Part shown: one piece after another, positions 48,330 through 60,058 of the stretch
Numbering within the stretch: the first letter of the stretch is position 1
Layout of the letters: each line of letters begins with the position of its first letter
NCBI GenBank assembly: GCA_030704615.1
Contig: JAKLZA010000010.1
Location: forward strand, 69,055 to 133,054
From: Takakia lepidozioides
Lineage: Eukaryota; Plantae; Bryophyta
Length of the DNA: 64,000 nt
Reading direction: 5' to 3'
The notes under the pieces: model-generated
The model's database searches: none
Told to the model about the DNA's origin: nothing
The model's input: only the letters and a program-made list of their open reading frames with translations
Program-made: the position numbers and the translations under genes

Positions 48330-50050
48330 CGAATGGAAATTCGGCACCCAATATCCAACAGAGGAAGCCCGGATGAAGTCGCCTCGGGCGCAGAGGCCGG
48401 CGCGTGTGCGACAGAGAACATCCCCTGGATGGAGATTCGGCGCCGAATTTCCATCCGGGCCCCCCAAAGGGAGTCGTGTCGGGGGGTCAGGCCGAAAACT
48501 GGACGGCATAAAAACATCCCCAGATGGAAAAACGGCGCCGAATTTCCATCCGGGGCGGTTCGGATGCAGTCGGGGAGGGGGGGGTGGCCGGCACTTGGCC
48601 GTCACATTTCAACCCCCGGACGGAAATTCGGCACCGAATATCGAACAGGGGACGCCCGGATGAAGTCGCCTCGGGCGTAGAGGTCGGCACGTGTTCGACA
48701 GAGAGTATCCCCTGCATGGAGATTCGGCGCCAAATTTCCTTCCGGGTCCCCCCAAAGGAAGTCTTGTCGGGGGGTCAGACCGAAAACTGGCCGACATAAA
48801 AACCTCCCCAGATGGGAAAACGGCGCCGATTTTCAATCCGGGGCCGTTCCAATGCAGTTGGGGGGGGGGGGGAGAGGTCGGCACCTGGCCGTCATATTTC
48901 AACCCCCGGACGGAAATTCGGCACCGAATATCCAACAAAGCGGCGGAGAGGCGGCACCTCTCCGACAGAGACCATCCCCCGGATGGAAATTCGGCGCCGA
49001 ATTTCCATCCTACAGGTAAGTGGAATCCCGGATGGATGGAAATTCGGCGCCGAATTTCCATCCAGCAGGTAAGTGGAATCCCGGATGGATGGAAATTCGG
49101 CGCCGAATTTCCATCCAGCAGGTAAGTGGAATCCCGGATGGATGGAAATTCGGCGCCGAATTTCCATCCAGCAGGTAAGTCGGATCGCTGGCGTATGGAT
49201 ATTTGGCGCCGAATTTCCATTCGCCATGTATTTCATCGCTCAGAATTACCTTCCTGCAGGTAATTCCTATCGATGCCGGTAGGAAGGTAATTCCTCATTC
49301 AGAATTACCTGCACGAAGGTAATTCTCATCTGGGAATTACATGCAGGAAGGTAATTCTGAGCGATGAAATACATGGCGAATGGAAATTCGGCGCCGAATA
49401 TCCATACGCCAGCGATCCGACTTACCTGCTAGATGGAAATTCGGCACCGAATTTCCATTTATCCGGGATTCGAATTACCTGCAGGATGGTAATTCGGCGC
49501 CGAATTTCGATCCATCCGGGATTCCACTTACCTGCTGGATGGAAATTCGGCGCTGAATTTCCATTCATCCGGTATTCGAATTACATGCCGGATGGAAATT
49601 CGGCGCCGGATTTCCATCCGAGCGCTCCGAATTACCTGCGTGAGGGAAATTTGGCGCGCCGCCCGACCTGCGCGGATGGAAATTCGGCGCCGGATTTCCA
49701 TCCGCGCGCTTCCGAATTACCTGCGTGAGGGAAATTTGGCGGCGCCGCCCGACCTGCGCGGATGGAAATTCGGTGCCGGATTTCCATCCGAGCGCTTCCG
49801 AATTACCTGCGTGAGGGAAATTTGGCGCGCCGCCCGACCTGCGCGGATGGAAATTCGGCGCCGGATTTCCATCCGCGCGCTTCGGAATTACCTGCGTGAG
49901 GGAAATTTCCAGCGCCGCCTACCTTGCTGGATGGAAATTCGGCGCTGAATTTTCATCCTGCTGCGCTCCGAATTACCTGCAGGATGGAAATCGGGCGCCG
50001 GAATTCTATCGCGCAGCGCTCCGAATTACCTCTACGTTGGAAATTCCGGG
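48330..50050. repeat. Intergenic array of B-type palindromes GGAAATTCGGCGCCGAATTTCC with a large central inverted repeat
   Basis: 53-bp units (48985, 49038, 49091, 49144, 49197); 84-86-bp units (49594, 49678, 49764, 49849, 49933); IR arms at ~48981-49268 and ~49332-49620. Confidence 0.93.
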
Positions 50051-50260
50051 ACTGTTTACGTCGATTTTCATCCGACATGGAGGGCTTCATCCGACATTTA
50101 ATTGCGCAGTTGGGCAATAAATGTCGACCGCCGTCGGTTATTATTCGGGCTGGCGACGCATGGCTTCCTGGACACGTACCCTAAATCTCATGCTAATCTT
50201 GGCTTAACATGCTATTCGAGGCATGTACCCCAAAAAAGGAGATCTTTTTGGCTGGGACTT

Positions 50261-53200
50261 ATGCCGCCTGAAGGGCGTGGCTCTCCTGAGAGAGACCTCA
50301 CATCCAGACCGTGGCGGAAGTTGAAAGCTCTGTACTACGGACGACGGCCAATCTCTCGCATGGCCAAACTGAAGCTCCAGCAGGAGATTCCAGTGTCTTG
50401 CTCACAACCTGCGCCAACTGAAGCCGAGTACTCTTAGGCAAGCCACTTCTGCTTTCGGTTTGTTCGATTTATTTTTTGCTTTCGCTTTGTTACCTCGCTT
50501 TGTTTTTGCATCTTCATCGTGGCTTCGCTGTATGAGTGAACTTTAGATAGTTGAGTGAACCTTAGATTGTTTGCAATGCGTGTGCAAATCCGGCAGCTCT
50601 GGAGAAGGCTGCTTGTGCATGTCATTCTCAGGTAATGGTTGCATTTGTTTTCATTGTTGTTGCATGGCTCTCCATACTTCCTAAACTTGTTATGTTTTCA
50701 TTTTTGCTACACGATTGTTGCTATGGTGGTTGCGCTGCTCGTTGCGATGCTGCTTTTTGCACCGATGTTGGTTTTCACGATTTTTGTCAATGACAGAGTG
50801 ACGACGAGCCCGGCACGCTGGTGGTATCATCGACAGCTCCAACTCATCGCATGTTTGAATTGCCCAACTTGGGGTGAGAGGGCAAACTTAAACTTTTTGT
50901 TGGTGGACGGGAGGACTTGCAACGAGAGTACGACAGAGTAGGCATTGGGGAGGTTGGTGCAGGCGGCATGGCAGGTGAAGGGCGTGAGGACATGAGGACA
51001 GCAGATCCGGCAATGGAGGTTGTTCATGCACATGCAGTAGGGCCCGCCCACGCAAAGAAAAAGAAGAAAGCTAAGCACATGCAATCCCCGGCGAGAGAGC
51101 AGTCACGGGCTGCGGAGGGGGGAGTGAGCAGTGCGCGCAAGGGTGTCAGTTCGCCTCAATCAAAGGTGGTCGTCCTGGAGGGCTCCCCTGCTGCTAGCCC
51201 TAGTAAGAAACAGAAAGCCCGTGAGAGGGCAAAAGAGAGGGCAAAAGAGCAGACGAGACAGAATGCTAGCCAGGAGGAAAGAGAAAAGGCAGCTGAAGAG
51301 GCCAGGGGTGCCCAAATGACAGATGCCAATGTAAGCGAGGGACGCACAGAGACGGTGGATCCCTCCAAGACACCAAGAGAGGCAGTAACACACCGGTTAG
51401 ACCATCGCGGGCAAGAGCAGCCCCCGCAATTACCCATACGGTGGAGAGTGGAGGAGAGAAAGAACACCTGAAAGAGCACGGATTGTGCAAGTTCGAGGTG
51501 AAGCCAGGGAGAGGGCAGTAGAGACGGGAGAGTGCTGGAGGTGGTTTCGCAGGTGGCTGACCCTGTTGAGGAGGACGACAGGGAGCTTTCTGACCAGGAT
51601 GACATCCTCCTGGACATCCCCAGGCCCCAAACCCGGAGCATACAGGCTGGATTTGGCGGTCCTGGTGGGCTGCCGGAAAACCCCTCTGTAGCAGACGTCA
51701 TGTCTGAGGCGGATATGAAGTTGGCCGCTGCCAAGATGTTGGAGGCAACCCACAGCAACATTGGCAGGGTGTTGGGGGGCATGGTGTACCCGGCCAAGCT
51801 TCGAATTCCCCTTTGCCGCTTGGTGTCATTGCAGGTGGTGAGACCTGCCCTCCCAGGCGATATCGACAAGCTGAAATTCTCTTTCCGGGATGGATATCGA
51901 ATGGGGTCTGCCGCGTTTTACGTTTCCATTGAGAACGACCACGGAGCTTCCCGTGCCCACACTTCCGATGAGGTGGACAAATGGGGTCCCCATTGGCAAA
52001 CGCGAAATGAGGAGTTCGAGAGATCGATTGCTAGTGATCCTCTTTTCCAGCACTTGTCCGGTAAGATGTTCTACGTGTGGGACGGCAATCATCGCCTCCT
52101 GGCATGGATGGAGCACATTGCCCAAGCCCACCCCAACGACCTCGATTGGCATTTCGCCGTGGATTGTGTTGTGCTGAAGGTTGCGGGGCCCAAAGATCGC
52201 AGTCTTCTCAAAGCTGCAATGGCGGACATCAACTCGTAAGTTACAACGCCTCTCGCTTTTGGACTTTGAATTTGGAAGTCATTTCATTGCGAATCCTCAT
52301 ATATGATGAAAATTCCCATTTCAGTATTGTTTGATGGAAATGTGGCACTGCAGGGTGACTGAGAATGCCTTCATTGCCACCAACTTGTCCCATATGCTCT
52401 TCCGAGTGAAGGATGTCGGGAAGCAGGGGGTGCAAGAGTTTGCCAATTCCCTCAGTGCCGACCTCCTGCGCAAGTCGGAGGCAAAGGCAGACAGAACCTG
52501 GTATAGGCTGAGCGTGGTGGACTACATATTTCGGGTAAAGCTCCTGACAGTTTTGTTGAGCTAATCTGTCTCTCCTCCCCCAATAGAAGAAATTGTGTTG
52601 AGCAGGATCTCTAATCTTATGTGCGCATTCTTGACAGACGAAAATACAGCAGGATTTGGCACATGCGCGGAGGTTCTACATGGAGTCAGAGGAGAAGAAT
52701 CCAACCCTCCCGGAACTGAATCATATGTCAAAGCTGCGGAGGTGAGGGCCCGCATAAAGTACAAGTCGTGGATGGTAAAGTACGTGGCCATAGCTGATCC
52801 CGCCCTTGGTGCCGACTTTCTGGTGGAGGTGGGGAAGCACTACTCTCGCGCTCTGAAGCCCACAATGACATTGGAGAAGCTCCATCGTCTAGCCACATCC
52901 TGTGTGGATGCAACAGAAAAGGTGATACATTCTTAACAAAATTGTGGTGGCAACAACTCTTTTTGTGGTGTTTGGCGCTTACGAATATGCTGGGTGGTTG
53001 GACAGACCCGGTGGCTCCAAATCTGGAATGGTTCCCAAAGTACCAGGGACATGTGGAGCTTCCCCAAACCGGACAAACTCTCTGACCCCACATTCGACAT
53101 GTGGATGAACCGCATGACATGGTGGTTTCAGGTACTTCCCCACGCTTCGTTTGGGGCTTCTACTCTAGTAGGGGGTGGATTCATTGTATTTTTTGAGGAA

Positions 53201-56200
53201 AGCGATCTGATGGACAATCTCCACAGGTGACGACGAATGCGCAAGAGCAGCTGGACACACAAGCACATCAGTTCAAGATGGAGATATCTCCTGCAGCAGA
53301 GAGCCTACGTGACTATGTGACGAGGTACTTTCTGCTCTACAAAACCAACCTATTTTTTCGGGAGATAGCAGATGCTCGCCGGAACCACGAGTTCACCGAC
53401 CAGCCGAACGCGGACAAAGCAGCAATGCGCCTTCTGTATAGGTACATACGCGCTGCCTTTCTTTCAAGTCCTGGCATTTCAGGATGTTAGAGGCCTCAAG
53501 TGGTGTTAGGGAAAATGGCGCCGAATTTCCAGTCAGGGCTCCGAAAATGGCTAAGTCCCTAGACTGGCTGGCCCGGAACTGGAAATTCGGCGCCATTTTC
53601 CAATTCCAGGCCCTATTGCCGTCCAGGGACTTAGCCATTTTCGGTCTAAGTCCCTAGGGTGGCTGGCCCGAAACTGGAAATTCGGCGCCGTTTTCCAGTT
53701 CTAGGCCCTATTGCCGTCCAGGGACTTAGCCATTTTCGGGCTAAGTCCCTAGGGTGGCTGGCCCGGAACAGGAAATTCGGCGCCGTTTTCCAGTTCTAGG
53801 CCCTATTGCCGTCCAGGGAATTAGCCATTTTCGGGCTAAGTCCCTAGACTGGCTGGCCCTGAAGTGGAAATTCGGCGCCATTTTCCAGTTCCAGGCCCTA
53901 TTGCCGTTCAGGGACTTAGCCATTTTCGGGCTAAGTCCCTAGACTGGCTGGCCCTGAAGTGGAAATTCGGCGCCATTTTCCAGTTGTAGGCCCTATTGCC
54001 GTTCAGGGACTTAGCCATTTTCGGGCTAAGTCCCTAGGGTGGCTGGCCCGGAACTGGAAATTCGGCGCCGTTTTCCAGTTCTAGGCCCTATTGCCGTTCA
54101 GGGACTTAGCCATTTTCGGGCTAAGTCCCTAGGGTGGCTGGCCCGGAACTGGAAATTCGGCGCCGTTTTCCAGTTCTAGGCCCTATTGCCGTCCAGGGAC
54201 TTAGCCATTTTTGGGCTAAGTCCCTAGACTGGCTGGCCCTGAACTGGAAATTCGGCGCCGTTTTCCAGTTCCAGGCCCTATTGCCGTTCAGGGACTTAGC
54301 CATTTTCGGGCTAAGTCCCTAGACTGGCTGGCCCTAAAGTGGAAATTCGGCGCCATTTTCCAGTTGTAGGCCTTATTGCCGTTCAGGGACTTAGCCATTT
54401 TCGGACCTCATTGTGTTTTTCATGAATGCAGGTACTGTAAGTTCTCCCTTTTGGAGAAAGGTCATCTGTCTTCGGAGCCACCATTCTTCCTGGCATGGAG
54501 GAACCCTGGGGCTGACTCCATGTACACTGACGATATTGTGAAGGAGTGGCATCTGGAACATTTGCGTGATTGCCCTTGGTATGTGGACCTTCCGCCCGGC
54601 TCGCTCGACCCATCCGAGTTTCAATTGAAGCTGGATGCTGAATTCCGACGAAACCGGGCTCCGCTGCCTCCGTTGGGTGCAAAAGAGGCAAAAGCGCTTG
54701 CGAACTCCAGGAAAGCGACAGAGCTTGCTCAGGCAGGAATTCAGGAGAAATTGCATGAGAAGAGTAAAGGTCAAAGGAAAATGACAAGGAAACAGGTGAC
54801 TGCAGTAACACCCAAAAAGAAGAAAACCATCGGGGCATCGGAGGAGGCGCAGGAGGGGACCCAAGAGAGTGACTCGGACGACGACTTCGTTCAAGGTCCT
54901 TCGACTGCTGTTGCTCCTACCCAGTCACCGTCGTCCGGGTTCCCAAGTCAGTTCGGAGTGGGACTGGCTCTGCCAAGAAGTTGGCATTTGAGGGCGAGCC
55001 TACACGCCGGTATTCGGCGGTGACGTTTACGCACAGGCCAAAGCTAGAACCTCCAACCATCATCCAATGCGTCAATGAGAGCTTCCTTGACGCTCTCGCT
55101 GCCAGGGCGAAGAAGTGGCACACAACAAGTCTCTGGCGGAGCAGAAGGGGAAAGCCAAGAAGAGGGCTGGCGGTACAGAGCCTAAAGACACCCCTGGTTT
55201 TGAAGCCATGATGGAATTCTTCACGGCTGTGAGCACGAATTGCAAGAGCACTCGGGGGGGGGTTGAGGTGGAGAGAGCTTGCGACATGATTCTCCTCGAC
55301 ATTCCAGATGGGGAGCTGCTGGAGGGCCTGGATGGTGTGCCCACCTGGAACAGGTTTACTGAGCACTACTAGAAAGCCGGGTTTGGGCTGGTGGGGATGC
55401 TTCTGGATGACGGTGGATGTGTGGTTGTCATTGCCACGAGAGGAAGACCACAGAGAATGCGGTGGCAAGGTGGACACCGAAAGTGTCACCCCGGTCCTCC
55501 TCAGAAAATGGTTCTGCATCAGTACGCAGGGGTTGCGAACAGAGGGCCAAAGTGTAAGTTATCAATCTTTTGCATTCACTTCATATTGTGGTGTATGTTA
55601 AGTAGACCCTGGAGTTGATCCCTTCTTTGTTGGATGTGCAGACATTGGTGTTTGAGGCATATTGCTTTGTGAAGAGAGGGTCTACGCTCAAATTCCGCAA
55701 CGACGGTCGTCTTGTTGATGCCGCTGTGGACCCTGTAACCTACGATGTCCTCTACAACTATGTGCCCCACTCCAGTATGCCGAATGACACAAAGACAGGC
55801 AAACCGTGGCGGTACAGCCGCCGACCCGGAGCCCTGCTTTCATCCAAACCCTCATGGAGACGTGCTCGGATGTCCAAGGGCGGATTCTGGACCTCACATG
55901 CGGCACGGGTAAGCCTTCACGTGCTCAGTTTGTCCCCTGGCCCGACTGCAATTGCATGCCGCAAGCTATTAACCGCCCGCTTTGTTCCTCAGGTGCTTCA
56001 ATGTGGGCAGGGACGTTGTCCGACAGGCATGTGTTCGCCTTCGAGCCAGATACTGCCCTCCACAACTCGGAACTTGCAGCGGCTGAACGTCTGCCGAAAG
56101 AGGAAGAGGCATCCTCGGAGGATGAGGAAAAATCCGAGAAGGAGCAGGGGGAGGAAGTTGGGATCGAGGCCGAGGAGCCCCCGGTTTACGAGTGAGTGGT

Positions 56201-56780
56201 GGCATTGTAAGTTGCCTCCAGATTTTGTGAGGCACCTCCCTCCGCTCTCTTATTTCATTGAAAACCCTTTCTGGTTGTGCTGGTATTGACATTCTTGAAG
56301 TGGATTTGTTCTTACTGTAGGATGCCAAGTACTGCCGGAGGGACGTCTACACCGGAGTTCATGGGCAGGAGGAACGTGCCTTTTTTTGCCAGGGGGGATT
56401 TCATGCCTAGTCCAGAAAGGGAGTACATCCTTCCTACTTATGCTGCCCGGCTTGCTTTGGTGTCCATTAGGAGGTGTTCCGAACGTAGTCGTGTACAGCA
56501 GATTTTAGACGAGGCAAGCCTCAAGAAAATGAAGATGAGGGAGGAGGCAGCAGCTATTAGAGCCCGTCGGGCTCGTAGATTTGTGTTGGATTCTGCTGAG
56601 GAAAGTGGGGGAGAAGACGCAGAAGATTCCCAGGAGGTGAGGTGGACAGTCCCCCAAGGAGAGGACGGGATTTTTGAGAGGCATAGTGGAACTGATGCAT
56701 CACAGAGCTCGGAGGATGAGGGGGATGAGGGGGATGAGGAAGAAGGTGGGGCAAGTTCCTCGGAGGGTGTAGGAGAGTAG
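50261..56780 (+). pseudogene. Family B multi-exon ParB-MTase-like gene (nonsense codon at 55370)
   Basis: MFYVWDGNHRLLAW; DMILLDIPDG; TRSPAFIQTLMETCSDVQGRILDLTCGTG; GASMWAGTLSDRHVFAFEPD. TAG at 55370-55372 where family A has Trp. Confidence 0.82.
53551..54404. repeat. Intronic 95-bp tandem repeat x9 carrying a B-type palindrome
   Basis: CTAAGTCCCT at 53551, 53646, 53741, 53836, 53931, 54026, 54121, 54216, 54311, within a GT..AG intron at ~53442-54431. Confidence 0.95.
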
Positions 56781-57969
56781 TGCCCATTCCGGCTATGACA
56801 GTTAGAACATACTTGTATAGACGTGGCTTGCCACAAAATTTGCAATAAAATGTTGCATTTCAAGTCCACTGGTGCCACATTCCAACTTCACATGACCCTA
56901 TTTCCGTGCCTCCTAACCCTATTTCCGTGGACTCACAATGGTCTGCTCATGCTTTTTTTTTTTTCCGCTCATGCTCATGCCGCTCATGAAATAGCAGCCC
57001 CCTTTACCCTGCTGCTTCATTCGCGTTGGTGGGGGTGAGCGGCCTGAGCCGGTTCAGAAACCAGTAGAGGGACGGGCTGCTTCTTCTTCGACTTTGCTGG
57101 AGAAGGGCCCGACCCTGCTGGCGATTCTCCATGACCGAAGAACGCGAGTCGATCTCTGGGGCTTTGAACTTGCCCTTCGAAGCCGCGTCTTTGAAACGCA
57201 CAGGGCTAGGCCCGGCAGGAATACCCAGGCTCGGGGATCGGGTGGGTGTACGTGCTGCAGCTAGCTCCTCGGACTCTTCCTGCGGCTCTTCGGATTCCTG
57301 CGATCCCTCCAGCACGTCCACCTTTCCTGTTAGGTATGCAAACATGTTCTGCATTCAAGTCTCCTAGCATTCAGTCTAAGAATTACAGAAGCAAAATGGG
57401 GGGTTCGGTGCTCGATCAGCTGCGCGCAGCCCGATCGCATGGAGCTCTCACTAGTGGCTGGGTTGCCTGAGTGGCCTGCTGCTCGGAGATGGCAATCTCC
57501 TCCTGTAGACGCATCTTCTTCCTCCCCTTCGGCATTGGCCTACGTCCGAAGTATAATTTTCGGAGCTTGCGACGAGGTCTCCTGTCTAGTGCACGAACTC
57601 CCCCCTCTCAAGTTCGAGCATAAGAAGAACAGAGACAGGGAAAAGGGGCAAAGAGTGCAGTGGAAAGGGCGCGAGAGGGGTGACTGAGAAGACACGACAA
57701 AAGTAGATGAAACGGCGGTGATGCACCACTTGGGTTCGAAAGGGTTCGACGAAAGTGTCTCCTCGTGGACTTTGCGTCATTACGAAATTCGAATCGTTCA
57801 GGGTACGCCTGCCGTCCGAAAAACAAACATCATTATCCAACGGTCAGGCCGCGCCGCCTCATGCCACTTCTGTCAGATAGAGTGAGTGCCGACATGTGCC
57901 GCAATTCCGTTGCTCCACGTGTTCACATTTCAAGGCATTTCCGTCCCAGCGTCTGATGAGTTGGAGTGA

Positions 57970-59685
57970 AAATGCGAATGCGGCGCCGCATTTCCGTTAA
58001 GTACCATCACGAAGCTACACATCCGTACTTGTTGGAAGAAAATGCGGCACCGCATTTCCGTTCCACCTTCACATACCTTAGTTGTTGAACGGAAATACGG
58101 TGCCGCATTTCTGTCCCACAGCTCCATGTATGAGATACAAAAGTGAAATGCGGCGCCGCATTTCCGTTCAGGAATGTGGAAAGGTGCGATTCGGACGGAA
58201 ATGAGGCACAACATTTCAGTTCCCGTGGTTCATGATTTTCAATGTGAACGGAAATGCAGTACCGCATTTCCGTTCCCCCTTCACATACCTTAGTTGATGA
58301 ACGGAAATGCCATGCCACATTTCCGTTCGGGAAAGTATAGAGGTCTCACCTGAACAGAAATGCGGTGCCACATTTCCGGTCTAGAAAGTTTGAAGGTCTC
58401 ACATGGATGGAAATGCGACACCCACATTTCGTCCCACAGCTCCAGGCCTCATATACAAAACGGAAATGCGGCGCCGCATTTCCGATCTAGAATGTCGGAG
58501 GTGCGACTCGGACGGAAATGCGGTGCCGCATTTCTGTTCCCGTTGTTCACGATTTTCAGTCAGAACGGAAATGCGGTACCCGCATTTCCGTTCTGTAGAG
58601 TATTAAGGTCTGACCCTGGCGGAAATGTTGTGCCGCATTTTCGTTCCACATCTCCATGCCTCACATACAAAACGGAAATGCGGCGCCGCATTTCCGTTTT
58701 GGAATGTCGGAAGGTGCGACTCCGACGGAAATGCGGTACCGCATTTCAGTTCCGATGTTTCACGATTTTTCATCAGAACGGAAATGCGGTGCCGCATTTG
58801 CGTTCTGGAATGTTGGGAGGTTTGACTCGGATGGAAATGCGCTACCGCATTTCAGTTCCGATGGTTCACGATAGTATGAATGTCTCAAGTGGTCGGAATT
58901 GCGCTGTCTCAAGCGGTCGGAATTGCACTTGGCTCCATGCAGCAGATACAAAATGGAAATTCGTCGCCGCATTTTCGTTCTGGAATGTCGGAAAGTGCGA
59001 CTCCGACAGAAATGCGGTGCCGCATTTCTGTTCCCGTTGTTCATAATTCTCATCAGAACGGAAATGCGGTACCGCATTTCCTTTCCACCTTCACATACTC
59101 TTCCTTTGTTCCATTTCCATCAGTCATATAATTTCTCAATCAGAACGTATCATGCATCTTGGGTGTAACATCGCATCTGTCACCTTCTCACTGCATGCAT
59201 CAGGAAATGCGCATCGCCTGGCATTTCCGTCATGGAATGTGCTTGTGGATGGAAATGCTACCGGTTTCCGTTCAGGAGAGTATGATGTCTGGAGACGGAA
59301 ATGTGGTGCAGCATTTCTATCCTCAGTCTCCATGCATCAGTACAAAATAAATGCGGCGCCGCATTTCCGTTCTGGAATGTCGGAAAGTCGACTCGGACGG
59401 AAATGCGGTGCAGCATTTCTGTTCCCGTTTTCATAATTCTCAATCAGAATGGAATGCGTCCGCATTTCCGTTCCACCTTCACATACCGGCTTGCTGGATG
59501 GAAATGCGTTACCGCATTTCCGTTCGGAGAGTATAAAGGTTTCGCCCGGACAGAACTCGGTGCCCGCATTTCCGTCGCTCTGGTGCATGACAACAGATGC
59601 AATACGGAAATGCGGCGCCGTATTTCCGTCCAGCAGCAATCGAAAGAATCACTGGGGACGGGAAATCTGGAACCTCATTTCCGCA
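57970..59685. repeat. A-type palindrome array of copy A3
   Basis: Counterpart of 19575-21180 with unit gains and losses. Confidence 0.9.
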
Positions 59686-60058
59686 TGCTGAACCTGAATG
59701 GGTTGCATTGTTCCGAAACAACACAATTGCGGCAGTCTTGATGAGCACAACTGGTTGTCTGACCGTTTTAACTAACAGTACTGGCACTTGTCAGTGCGAA
59801 CGTTCCTGTCTGCACCGAAATACTGCTGGATCCACCCTCAGGAGAAACTGTCAGGAGATGTTATTTCGTCGCCGAATCGGCCATCATTGTCATACTTACT
59901 GGCTATGGAATCAAACCTCCCACCTTCATGCATGTAGCTTGACATACTTTCCACTTCAATGTGCGACTTTCCAATCGTCGATGGACTCGCATGGTGCCTG
60001 TGAGCCTTGGTCTGTCGCTATACTGAACCTCGCACTTGCCAACTTCGTGCGGTGTTCG

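Larger units (their letters stand above)
44055..57001 (-). mobile_element. Family B giant MULE-like element (~12.9 kb), both ends present, ~9-bp TSD
   Basis: Ends are GAGGTTTGCTATTTCATGAGC and GCTCATGAAATAGCAGCCCC. Flanks are CTTTTACCC (44046-44054) and CTTTACCC (57002-57009); the empty site CTTCTACCC is at 18607-18615. Confidence 0.93.
27681..57621 (-). pseudogene. ParB-MTase gene of copy A3, split into 27681-28951, 40728-44054 and 57002-57621 by two insertions
   Basis: Same exons as 14013-19229 (DGNHRLLAW at ~43270-43300, DIPDG at ~40940-40960, VLDLICGTG at ~28550-28580). Confidence 0.85.
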
